Below are positions 26,213 through 34,850 of a stretch of 64,000 bases of DNA, in pieces. The notes below the pieces were generated by a model. That model was not told the origin of the DNA. It saw nothing but the letters and a program-made list of their open reading frames with translations, and searched no databases. The stretch lies in the NCBI GenBank assembly GCA_965203135.1, contig CBDBBO010000001.1:1678071-1742070 (forward strand), written 5' to 3'. Within the stretch, counting starts at the first letter, position 1. The number at the start of each line of letters is the position of its first letter. The stretch is from Dehalococcoidia bacterium. Its GTDB lineage: Bacteria > Chloroflexota > Dehalococcoidia > Lucifugimonadales > CATOSD01. The translations under genes were made by a program, and so were the position numbers.

Positions 26213-29200
26213 ATGTCCAAGCGTAGCAGGCGCAAGAAACAGCGACGCAAGGAAAAGCGGCGCAATGCTCCAGAGGTGCGGCTCGAAAGGGAGCCGTCGG
26301 TGAATTCGGGGCCACAGGCTTCGACCTCGCCGATTGGGAACGTCCGACGGCCGATTTTGAACCCATGGGGCTCGCCAGTGAGGTCTCAACCCAGTTCGAC
26401 CGAGAAGACCCAACGGAAGGACTGGACTCCCATGCGGCACGCCAGCGCGGACTTGGCCTACACCGACCGGAAAGGCCCGACGGAAGAACTGGACCCGATA
26501 CCGCCAACCATTGAGGACTCGACTCAGACTGAATGGGCAGGACCGTCAGGCCCGATCGGCGTATACATCGACGAGGAACGGCGAGGGACACTCAGCGCCT
26601 ACCGCAGCCAACCGAACCTTGTAGACGAACACGCCAATCACGAGCAAGACACGGCCCGGGGCGGCTACGCTTATCGGCAGCTGTTCGAGTTGGTGCAGAA
26701 TAGCGCCGACGCCCTGGCTGATTTGGACGGCGGGCGCATCGAATTGCGCCTGACCTCCGACTATCTCTACTGCGCCGATGATGGACGGGCCATCGACTCG
26801 GACGGCGTGAGAGCCCTCATGTTTTCCCACCTGTCTCCCAAGCGCGGAACAGCGGAAATCGGGAGATTTGGGCTAGGATTCAAGTCTGTCCCTGGCGTCA
26901 CCGATTCCCCCGAGTTTTTCAGCCGCTCCGGTTCATTCCGGTTCGACGTCGAAAGAGCGCGGGAAGAGATACGACGTGTCGCCCCTGACGCCGAGCGCTA
27001 CCCAGCGCTGCGGCTGCCTGTTGCTATCGACCCACTGCCGGAGATGGAGGCCGACACAGTTCTACGCGATTTGGCCGATTGGGCTACCAACATCGTGCGC
27101 CTGCCGCTCAAGCCAGGGGCCAGGGAGTCCCTGTTGCAGCAGGCCAAGGACTTCCCGCCGGAGTTTCTGCTGTTCGTCGAGCACGTGTCGGAACTGAACA
27201 TCCAAGCCGATAGCGATGCCCAGCGCTCCATCAGGCTGAGGCGCCTAGGCGACTTCCGTAAGCCCGCTAACGGTGATCAGCGACCTTCTATGAAAGTGGC
27301 AGTGCCGAAGCTGATCCGCGAAAGCGATTTCCATGTGCTCGCGGACGGTGATAAGGAAGCTCAGTGGATGGTCGTTAGTACCGTTCACAAGCTTTCCGAG
27401 GACGCTAGGGCCGACAGCCGAAGCCTCGATGACGCCACGGAAGTAGAGATCAAGTGGGCGGCCCCTGTAGAAAGGTTGAATGAGCCTGGCCGCTTCTGGG
27501 CATTCTTTCCCACGCAGACTTCGAGCTTGCTCGCCGGCATACTTAACGCGCCGTGGAAGACAAACGAGGACCGGCAGAACCTGCTGCCTGGGGTCTACAA
27601 CGACGAGCTGATTGACGCGGCGGCGGCAATGGTGGCCAAAGCTGTGCCACGGTTGTCCAACAAGAGCGTACCCGCTCGCCATCTTGACGCACTGCCTCGT
27701 CGAGAAGAAGCCGGTGACAGTGAACACAGCAAGAGACTTCGGGATCAACTGCAGGCGAACCTGCGTGGTGTGAGAATCGTTCCAGACCAGTTGGGCATAC
27801 TCCACAGGCCCACCGAGCTCATGTACGCTCCGACCGAAATCACTGACCCGAGACGGGGGGCTGCACGTGCGCTCGGGAGGTGGGGCGAGTACGAGGGCCG
27901 ACCCAAGAACTGGGCGCACCACAGCGCGCTCACTCGTAACAGGTTAGCGGCCATCAGATCGGTCATGCCAAACAGGGTTGTTCGTAGTTCCTACGGAGGG
28001 GTGACGTTTACGACTCAGCATGGTCCCGTGAAACTCGAGGTGGCAACGGTGGATGAGTGGCTGCAAGCGTTGGTAGACGATGCGGATATCCCGGAGAGGC
28101 ATCTCGAGAGATCGGCCACCGCGATCCAGACTGCGGCGCTGATACCAGAAGCGATCCGGCAGGGCAATAGCCTCGGTCGAATAGTGCTTACGACTAGGGG
28201 TAGCTGGGTCGAACCTGATCCCGAATCCGTGTTTCTCGGCGGCGGGTTTGGCGGCGGCTCAGCCACGGTGGTGCATCCGCAACTGGAGGCCGATCCGGAA
28301 ACACTGAGCGCGCTGAAGGCGCTCGGCATAGGGCCCGCTTCAGCGGAGACTGAGCTCAGTGCTGCGGCCGATAAACTGCTGGTTTACAGACCGTACTACA
28401 GGGGAACGCCGCCAGATGGCGACTGGCTCAGTTTCTGGCGTCTTGCACGGAACGTTGAGCATGACACCGCTTATGAGATCATTCAAGCCCATGAGCACTG
28501 GCAGAGTTCGCTGCGTGTTCGCACAATCGCAGAGGTGTGGCGCTCCCTGAACCATGCCTTGCTACCCGGACCAATCATTCCGGCAGACGGTAGTGGCGAT
28601 CCCGACATGGCAATAGACATACGCTTTCACGAGGCGGATCTTTCCTTGCTGAGGCAGCTTGGTGCGGTGGACACGCCCTCTGCGGGGCGCGAACTGTCAC
28701 TGGAGCATATGTGGAGATTTCGTGGGAAGTGCAGAAGCACTTTCATTAGATCCGCAGAGAGTGAAGTAGGGCATTCACCGCGTGACCATATGCTCAACTT
28801 TGAGATTCTCGCTACCACAAGCGGTCCTTTGGATGTGTTAGAGCTTCTTTCCGAATACCAGAACGCGGAGTACACGTGGCGTCTCCTCAGCTTGCGCGAC
28901 ACCTACTCACAGTGGACGATGCGTCATGACACCCGAGACATTTACCCGCCCATGGATTTCGATTCGCCAGCACTGGAAGTGCTTCGGGAACACGGGCGGA
29001 TCGTTACGGATGAGGGCATTCGACCGCTCTCTGACGGGCTGGGCAATCCACCAAAAGACATTGCAGTGTTGCGCAAGCTGCTTTCGCACCCTCAAGCCGA
29101 CAGAATTAGAGAAGCCTTCGGACTGCCGGACGACGAGGAGTTACCGGTCGAGCCGCTTGACGAGGACGCGCCCATACCGCTGCTCGACGAGTGGCCAGGT

Positions 29201-31021
29201 CTCAAGCCTCACATCACGGTACAGCAAGGCAGTCTCGATTTGGTTCGCTGTGACGGGTTTCGCACATTTGGCGGGGTTGAACCGGAATGTGTCCTGAGGG
29301 GCGGTATCGTGTACGTGGTTCGCCAATACGAGGAGGAGCGTGAGCTTCGGTCTGTGCTGCGGGAGATAGGCGTCAGTCTCAGAGAGAGCGAGATTAGACG
29401 GGTGCTCCTGGGTATCACTCCAGAAGACATACAGAAGGCACGGGCCAAGGTCAGGAACTGTGACACCGACGAGGAACGTCTTCTGGGGGCAGTGGGTGAA
29501 CGAGCATTGAGGCGTGGGTTGCCGTCGGGGCTTCTCGCGATACTCGAAGAAGAGAGCCTCGGAGCGCTTCCGGGTGTTGAGGTTGCGAAAGCCGCTATCG
29601 CCACGTATCACACCGGCGCGCTGCGAGAGTACCGCTACGCGATAGAGCACCTGGATCCTCCACGCCAGTGGGCAGGGCGATCCAGCGCAATCCAGTTCGT
29701 GCGCTCTCTCGGCTTCAGCGATGAGTGGGCCGGCGAATCAAACTCTCGGCAAGAGCCGTTCCTGGAAGTCGACGGCCCTCTCTCGCTTCCCAAACTCCAT
29801 CCATACCAGCGTGTCGTCGTTGACAACACGAGAAGCCTGCTGCGCTCCGGCGGCGCACTCGGAGAACGACGAGGTATGATAAGCATGCCCACAGGCTCGG
29901 GCAAGACTCGCGTCGCGGTGCAAGCGATCGTCGAGGCTATGCGGAAGGACGGGTTCAAGGGCGGAGTCATCTGGGTTGCCGACCGCCGGGAACTCTGTGA
30001 TCAGGCGGTGGAGGCTTGGAGGGAGGTATGGGCAAGCGAGGGCACTGAGAAGGCGCGGCTTCGAATCTCGAGGATGTGGGGAGGTCAGGCTAGACCGCGG
30101 CCAGACGCCGATATGCATGTTATTGTCGCGACGATTCAGACGCTTTACGCCAAGACCATGTCTCCGGGGAACGATTACGACTTTCTAGCAGACTTCAAGC
30201 TGCTTGTGTTTGACGAAGCCCACCGGTCAATATCGGCTTCATCTACCTCCGTAATGGAAGAATTGGGGCTGACACGGTGGCGAAGGGAGCATGAACCACT
30301 ACTCATCGGCCTGACCGCGACGCCGTACAGGGGGCGCGACGAAGATGAGACACGGCGGCTCGTGAATCGCTATGGACGGAACCGGCTGGACTCCGGTGCG
30401 TTCAAAAGCGACCGCCCGGAGGACGTGATATCGGAACTGCAATCCATGCGGGTGCTTGCGCGAGCCGACCACGACCTCATTGAGGGCGGCAAGTTTACAA
30501 TGTCTCCAGACGAGCTGAAGCAATCACTGGATACTCCTTGGTTGCCCCAAAGCGTCGAGAGCCGGATCGCCGGCAATGCCGAGCGGACCCGGCGCATCAT
30601 CAGAGCATACCATGAGCACATCGGCTCAGACTGGCCTGCCTTGGTGTTCGCGACGTCCGTAGAACACTCGCAGACGGTTGCTGCCTTGCTCACTCGCGAT
30701 GGAATCAGGGCCCGCGCCGTAAGCGCGAACACCGAAGCTTCAGTTCGTAGGCGAATCGTGGAAGAGTTTCGGGCGGGTGAAATCGACGCGCTGGTGAACT
30801 ACGGCATTTTCCGTGAGGGCTTCGACGCGCCGAGGACCAGGGCAATAGTTGTGGCTCGTCCGGTCTACAGCCCCAACCTGTACTTCCAGATGATTGGCAG
30901 GGGACTGAGGGGTGTGAAGAATGGTGGCAACGATAGGTGTCTCATCCTCAACGTGAGAGACAACATCGCCAACTACCGGCGCAGTCTGGCGTTTTCCGAA
31001 CTGGACTGGCTGTGGGACTGA
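26213..31021 (+). CDS. Giant (1602 aa) fusion protein: basic N-tail, sacsin-like GHKL ATPase domain, about 900 aa of unassigned sequence, and a C-terminal SF2 (DEAH, ResIII-like) helicase
   Basis: GHKL motifs are 'QLFELVQNSADALAD' (N box), 'CADDGRAID' and 'GRFGLGFKSV' (G2). Helicase motifs are 'LHPYQ', I 'SMPTGSGKT', II 'LLVFDEAHRS', III 'GLTATPYRG', V 'FREGFDAP' and VI 'QMIGRGLRG'. It is a single uninterrupted ORF with lower GC than its flanks by eye. Confidence 0.8.
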   Translation: MSKRSRRKKQRRKEKRRNAPEVRLEREPSVNSGPQASTSPIGNVRRPILNPWGSPVRSQPSSTEKTQRKDWTPMRHASADLAYTDRKGPTEELDPIPPTIEDSTQTEWAGPSGPIGVYIDEERRGTLSAYRSQPNLVDEHANHEQDTARGGYAYRQLFELVQNSADALADLDGGRIELRLTSDYLYCADDGRAIDSDGVRALMFSHLSPKRGTAEIGRFGLGFKSVPGVTDSPEFFSRSGSFRFDVERAREEIRRVAPDAERYPALRLPVAIDPLPEMEADTVLRDLADWATNIVRLPLKPGARESLLQQAKDFPPEFLLFVEHVSELNIQADSDAQRSIRLRRLGDFRKPANGDQRPSMKVAVPKLIRESDFHVLADGDKEAQWMVVSTVHKLSEDARADSRSLDDATEVEIKWAAPVERLNEPGRFWAFFPTQTSSLLAGILNAPWKTNEDRQNLLPGVYNDELIDAAAAMVAKAVPRLSNKSVPARHLDALPRREEAGDSEHSKRLRDQLQANLRGVRIVPDQLGILHRPTELMYAPTEITDPRRGAARALGRWGEYEGRPKNWAHHSALTRNRLAAIRSVMPNRVVRSSYGGVTFTTQHGPVKLEVATVDEWLQALVDDADIPERHLERSATAIQTAALIPEAIRQGNSLGRIVLTTRGSWVEPDPESVFLGGGFGGGSATVVHPQLEADPETLSALKALGIGPASAETELSAAADKLLVYRPYYRGTPPDGDWLSFWRLARNVEHDTAYEIIQAHEHWQSSLRVRTIAEVWRSLNHALLPGPIIPADGSGDPDMAIDIRFHEADLSLLRQLGAVDTPSAGRELSLEHMWRFRGKCRSTFIRSAESEVGHSPRDHMLNFEILATTSGPLDVLELLSEYQNAEYTWRLLSLRDTYSQWTMRHDTRDIYPPMDFDSPALEVLREHGRIVTDEGIRPLSDGLGNPPKDIAVLRKLLSHPQADRIREAFGLPDDEELPVEPLDEDAPIPLLDEWPGLKPHITVQQGSLDLVRCDGFRTFGGVEPECVLRGGIVYVVRQYEEERELRSVLREIGVSLRESEIRRVLLGITPEDIQKARAKVRNCDTDEERLLGAVGERALRRGLPSGLLAILEEESLGALPGVEVAKAAIATYHTGALREYRYAIEHLDPPRQWAGRSSAIQFVRSLGFSDEWAGESNSRQEPFLEVDGPLSLPKLHPYQRVVVDNTRSLLRSGGALGERRGMISMPTGSGKTRVAVQAIVEAMRKDGFKGGVIWVADRRELCDQAVEAWREVWASEGTEKARLRISRMWGGQARPRPDADMHVIVATIQTLYAKTMSPGNDYDFLADFKLLVFDEAHRSISASSTSVMEELGLTRWRREHEPLLIGLTATPYRGRDEDETRRLVNRYGRNRLDSGAFKSDRPEDVISELQSMRVLARADHDLIEGGKFTMSPDELKQSLDTPWLPQSVESRIAGNAERTRRIIRAYHEHIGSDWPALVFATSVEHSQTVAALLTRDGIRARAVSANTEASVRRRIVEEFRAGEIDALVNYGIFREGFDAPRTRAIVVARPVYSPNLYFQMIGRGLRGVKNGGNDRCLILNVRDNIANYRRSLAFSELDWLWD

Positions 31022-31030
31022 CCAAAACCC

Positions 31031-31530
31031 CTGTCCCAAAGCATCCCCAATCGCGTAACCCAAACGCCACACACTTGCTCTTCCACAGGCCCACTGCCGC
31101 CACCCATTTGCGCTACTCTGCCACACAAATTCCCGCTTTCAGGCCCACTCCCACCACATTATGTCAAGTGGCCCTGCCTCGCGCCGACAAGTCGGCGGAT
31201 TCACCCTGGCGTAGCGGCGAGTCTCCGACCCTTCCGTTCCGAGCGTAGCCGAGTAATCTGGGGCGTTTACCCGCGCCTATGACCCTGAACAACACCCTCT
31301 TGATTCTATAGTACGTGCGTGCTATTTTCTACTTGGCAGGCGCTGTGACCGCCCGTTGGCGGCATGGGAAAGCCAGAATCCGGCCCGGCACCACCGTCGC
31401 GTTCTGCGACATTATGGCGTCCTGCCAGTGACAGACCCTGACTCCGGTGTACTGCGCGAATGACAAGAGAATCGAACCGCCCAGCTACGGGATGCATCAA
31501 AATGCATCAGAATGCAACGAATTTTCGTAA
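31031..31530 (+). repeat. Right copy of the imperfect inverted repeat (partner at 12290-12726), carrying a promoter-like TTGATT-N17-TATTTT facing the amt gene
   Basis: It is collinear with the reverse complement of 12290-12726 (see that feature). It begins about 10 nt after the giant gene's stop. Confidence 0.65.
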
Positions 31531-31776
31531 AGCCACGCCCAAAGGCTCAATCGCAGATCGGATTCCTTCAATCCTGACCCTCTCTTCTGTCCGGAGGGGG
31601 GGAATGAAGAGGTCCTGCCATCTTCGGGGCGGCGTTGCGATTGATTTAGCTTTCCCTTATACTTGGCTCGGATTCCCCGCCAAGCCCTGCACGGCGCGGC
31701 TCGCGGTTCTCCGGTGGGCCGCCCCTCCCGGGTCTTTTGCGCGGTCATCCCCCAACCCAGGATTCGAGGTGAGGCT

Positions 31777-33222
31777 TTGAACGTCCCCGGCATTTCGCGA
31801 CACTTCCACTCTACCCTGTTCACCGACCTCTTGCGTCCTGGCAATCGTCGTTTTCGGGCGCTTGCCATCGTCGCCGTCGCGCTTGGCGCGGTGGGGTTGT
31901 TCGCGGCAAGGCCCGCCATCGCCAACGCCGCGACGGACGCCGAGACCGCGTTCGTCCTAAACACATTCGCCTTCCTTGTGTGGGGCGCGCTGGTGATGTG
32001 GATGTGCGCCGGCTTCACCATGCTCGAAGCGGGCTCGGTGCGTACCAAGAACGCGGCGATGATCTGCCTGAAGAACATCGGCCTGTACTCCATTGCGGGG
32101 CTGGCCTACTTCGTCATCGGCTACAACCTGATGTACGGCGATCTGATCGGCGGCTTCATCGGCGAATTCAAGCTGTTCTACGGCTCGACGGCGGGTGAGG
32201 TCACGCTGGTTGGAGCAGAGGGGGCCGCGGCCGCCGCCGCTGCCGCGGAGGTGGTCGGCGAACAGGACTACGCGACGATGTCCGACTGGTTCTTCCAGAT
32301 GGTGTTCGTGGCGACGACGGCGTCCATCATATCGGGCGCGATCGCAGAGCGCGTCAAGCTGTGGAGCTTCTTTATCTTCACACTCATTCTCACCGCGTTT
32401 CTGTACCCCGTGGTGGGCGCATGGACGTGGGGCGGCGGCTGGCTGAACGAGATGGGGTTCCAGGATTTCGCGGGCTCGACCATAGTGCACAGCACCGGCG
32501 GGTGGGCGGCGCTGGCCGGCATCATCGTCGCCGGTCCGCGGCTGGGCAGGTTCCGCCGGGACGGCAGCGTCCGCGCGAGGCCGCCCTCCAACGTGCTGGT
32601 GGTGACGCTCGGCGTGTTCATTCTCTGGTTCGGGTGGTTCGGATTCAACGGCGGCTCGGTGCTGAAGCTGGGAGACGCCGCCAGCGCGGTGAACATGGCC
32701 AACGTGCTGGTGAACACCAACCTGGCCGCCGCGGCGGGGGTGATAACGGCCATTGCGATTTCGAGGCCGATATTCGGGCGCATTGACCTGTTCGCCGGGT
32801 TGAACGGCGCACTCGCGGGCCTGGTCGCGATAACCGCCGGCCCCGACTTTACGGACCACTACTGGGCAATTATCATCGGCGCGATCGGCTCTGTCATCTG
32901 CACGCTTGGAATCAAGCTGCTCGAGGTGGTGAAGCTCGACGACGTGGTGGGGGCGATACCCGCGCACCTGTTCGCGGGCGTCTGGGGCACGCTGGCCGTG
33001 AGCATCGCGGCCGGCGGCGATCTGCTCGTGCAGTTGGTAGGAGTTCTCGCCATCGGAGCGCTGGTATTCGTCGTGTCGTACGCCGTGTGGCAGGTGCTGC
33101 ACTGGACGCTGAGCGTGCGCGTAACGGCCGACGTGGAGCGTCTTGGCCAGGACAGCGCGGAGCTTGGCATGGAGAGCTACCCCGAGTTCGTGCTGATGCC
33201 CGAAGAGGACGACGAGGAGTAG
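31777..33222 (+). CDS. amt: Ammonium transporter (Amt family)
   Basis: 'CAGFTMLEAGSVRTKN', 'FAGSTIVHSTGGWAALAGIIVAGPRLGRF', 'WFGWFGFNGGS' and 'DDVVGAIPAHLFAGVWGTLAV' are canonical Amt motifs. The start is uncertain. TTG 31777 follows GAGGTGAGG, and the track start at 31663 gives an implausible Arg-rich leader. Confidence 0.9.
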   Translation: MNVPGISRHFHSTLFTDLLRPGNRRFRALAIVAVALGAVGLFAARPAIANAATDAETAFVLNTFAFLVWGALVMWMCAGFTMLEAGSVRTKNAAMICLKNIGLYSIAGLAYFVIGYNLMYGDLIGGFIGEFKLFYGSTAGEVTLVGAEGAAAAAAAAEVVGEQDYATMSDWFFQMVFVATTASIISGAIAERVKLWSFFIFTLILTAFLYPVVGAWTWGGGWLNEMGFQDFAGSTIVHSTGGWAALAGIIVAGPRLGRFRRDGSVRARPPSNVLVVTLGVFILWFGWFGFNGGSVLKLGDAASAVNMANVLVNTNLAAAAGVITAIAISRPIFGRIDLFAGLNGALAGLVAITAGPDFTDHYWAIIIGAIGSVICTLGIKLLEVVKLDDVVGAIPAHLFAGVWGTLAVSIAAGGDLLVQLVGVLAIGALVFVVSYAVWQVLHWTLSVRVTADVERLGQDSAELGMESYPEFVLMPEEDDEE

Positions 33223-33228
33223 CGGCGG

Positions 33229-34197
33229 ATGCTGTCCCGCAGCGCCCAGGGACTCTACTGGCTGGGCCGCTACCTGGAGCGGGCGGAGCACCTGTGCCGC
33301 CTGCTCCAGCTCCAGACCGAGGCGCTCGTGGACAGGCCCATCCAGGAGATTTATCACGGCTGGCGCCGGATATACCGCTGCATCGGAGCCCAGCCGACGG
33401 TCGGCCTGTTCGATCCGGGGGCAGATGACAACTACACCCTGGCCGACTCGTACACGCTGGCCGACGAGTTGACGTTCGAGCGCTCGAATCCCGCGTCGGT
33501 GTGGAGTTGCTTCGCGCTGGGCCGGGAGAACGCCCGGCAGATGCGGCACTGCATCAGCGCGGAGATGTGGACGTCGCTGAACGTCCCATACCTGCGGCTG
33601 CGGGAGATGTCGATCCAGAATATATGGGCGACCTCGCCGGAGAGCTTCTACGCGCAGACCGCCGCGGACGTCAACACCTTCAATGGCGTCGCCGGAGCGA
33701 CGATGTATCGCGACGAGGGCTGGCGCTTTCTGCAGCTCGGGCAGTTCGTCGAACGCTCGCAACTCACGGCTTCGCTGCTGCTGGCTCAGATGGGCATAGA
33801 CGCCCCTGAGCTGGAAGACACCTACGCCGGCTGGAACGGCCTGCTGCGGATTTACCATGCCTCCGAGATTTACGCGAGCAACTACGGTGTGGAGGTGCAG
33901 CCCGGCCAGGTTCTGGACCTGCTCGCCACAGACCCGCAACTGCCAAACTCGCTATGCCGTTCCATCGACAAGGTGTCGGAGGAGATTGGTCACCTGGCGG
34001 CCGGTCCCGACCAGGCGTCCAACGGCGCCGCGCGGCGCCTGACGGGTCGTGCGCGGGCCATGGTCCACTACGATTGGGCCGACGTGGACGACCATCGGGG
34101 TCTGCTGGAGCGCGTGCGGGGATTCTGCCGCGATCTGCACGGCCTGGTGGTTACCGCCTACTTCGACTATCCCATAGGGGATTGGCCCGCGCGCTGA
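33229..34197 (+). CDS. Alpha-E domain protein (DUF403)
   Basis: 'MLSRSAQGLYWLGRYLERAEHLCRLL' and 'YRDEGWRFLQLGQFVERSQ' are characteristic of the alpha-E family. Confidence 0.85.
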   Translation: MLSRSAQGLYWLGRYLERAEHLCRLLQLQTEALVDRPIQEIYHGWRRIYRCIGAQPTVGLFDPGADDNYTLADSYTLADELTFERSNPASVWSCFALGRENARQMRHCISAEMWTSLNVPYLRLREMSIQNIWATSPESFYAQTAADVNTFNGVAGATMYRDEGWRFLQLGQFVERSQLTASLLLAQMGIDAPELEDTYAGWNGLLRIYHASEIYASNYGVEVQPGQVLDLLATDPQLPNSLCRSIDKVSEEIGHLAAGPDQASNGAARRLTGRARAMVHYDWADVDDHRGLLERVRGFCRDLHGLVVTAYFDYPIGDWPAR

Positions 34198-34219
34198 CCA
34201 GGCGGGACGGTGTGCGTAA

Positions 34220-34816
34220 GTGAAGACCGCCTCGCAAATAGTCCTGGCGCTGGCCGCCGTCCTGGCTTTGGCCGGAGGCGTGTTCCTGGCTGTGAGAAGC
34301 CTGCCCCAAGACGACCAACCGGTCAGGATAGTGCTGCCCGACGAGTCCGAGACCGCTGAGGTCAAGGTGTACGTTACCGGCGCGGTGAACGCCCCGGGGG
34401 TGTACACGCTGTTCGAGGGCGCACGGCTGGCCGACGCCGTCGAGGCGGCCGGAGGCGGAACGGACCGGGCCGACATGCAGGCCGTCAACCTTGCCCTGCG
34501 CGTGAAGGACGAGGACTACTGGCACATTCCGGAGCTGCGCGATGACGCCGTGACGTCCGAGCCCGTGCCGCGGGCCGGCGCCTCCGGACAGGCCGCGCCG
34601 GACCCACATTCGCGGCCCGGGGCCAAGCTGGACATCAACTCCGCGCAGGTCGACGCGCTGATGGCACTGCCCGGCATCGGCGAGGTCCGGGCAAATGCGA
34701 TAGTGCGCCACAGGGAGCAGTACGGCGACTACGCGAGCGTCGACGACCTGCTGGGCGTGCCGGGTATAGGCCCCGCTACGCTGAACGCCGTGCGGGACCT
34801 GGTGGAGGTGCGATGA
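34220..34816 (+). CDS. comEA: ComEA-family DNA-binding protein (SLBB plus tandem helix-hairpin-helix)
   Basis: 'VYVTGAVNAPGVYTLFEGARLADAVEAAGG' (SLBB) and 'LDINSAQVDALMALPGIGEVRANAIVRHREQYGDYASVDDLLGVPGIGPATL' (HhH) are present. GTG start. Confidence 0.85.
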   Translation: MKTASQIVLALAAVLALAGGVFLAVRSLPQDDQPVRIVLPDESETAEVKVYVTGAVNAPGVYTLFEGARLADAVEAAGGGTDRADMQAVNLALRVKDEDYWHIPELRDDAVTSEPVPRAGASGQAAPDPHSRPGAKLDINSAQVDALMALPGIGEVRANAIVRHREQYGDYASVDDLLGVPGIGPATLNAVRDLVEVR

Positions 34817-34850
34817 CGTGAGGGAATGACGATGAGTCACGGAACGAGCC

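Noticed and set aside
31440-31480. tRNA-like T-arm string ('ggttcgattc' on the minus strand) that could mark a tRNA fragment or att site next to the giant gene
   Set aside because: The flanking bases do not form a T-stem, acceptor stem or any cloverleaf. The homologous position in the left repeat copy is not conserved. I found no tRNA gene anywhere in the window.
12290-31530. Calling the inverted-repeat-bounded 19-kb segment a composite transposon or genomic island (mobile_element)
   Set aside because: There is no transposase, integrase, recombinase or target-site duplication that I can see. Much of the interior (PTER, ATP-grasp, DUF1800/1501, NHL) has backbone-like composition. I report it only as a repeat observation.
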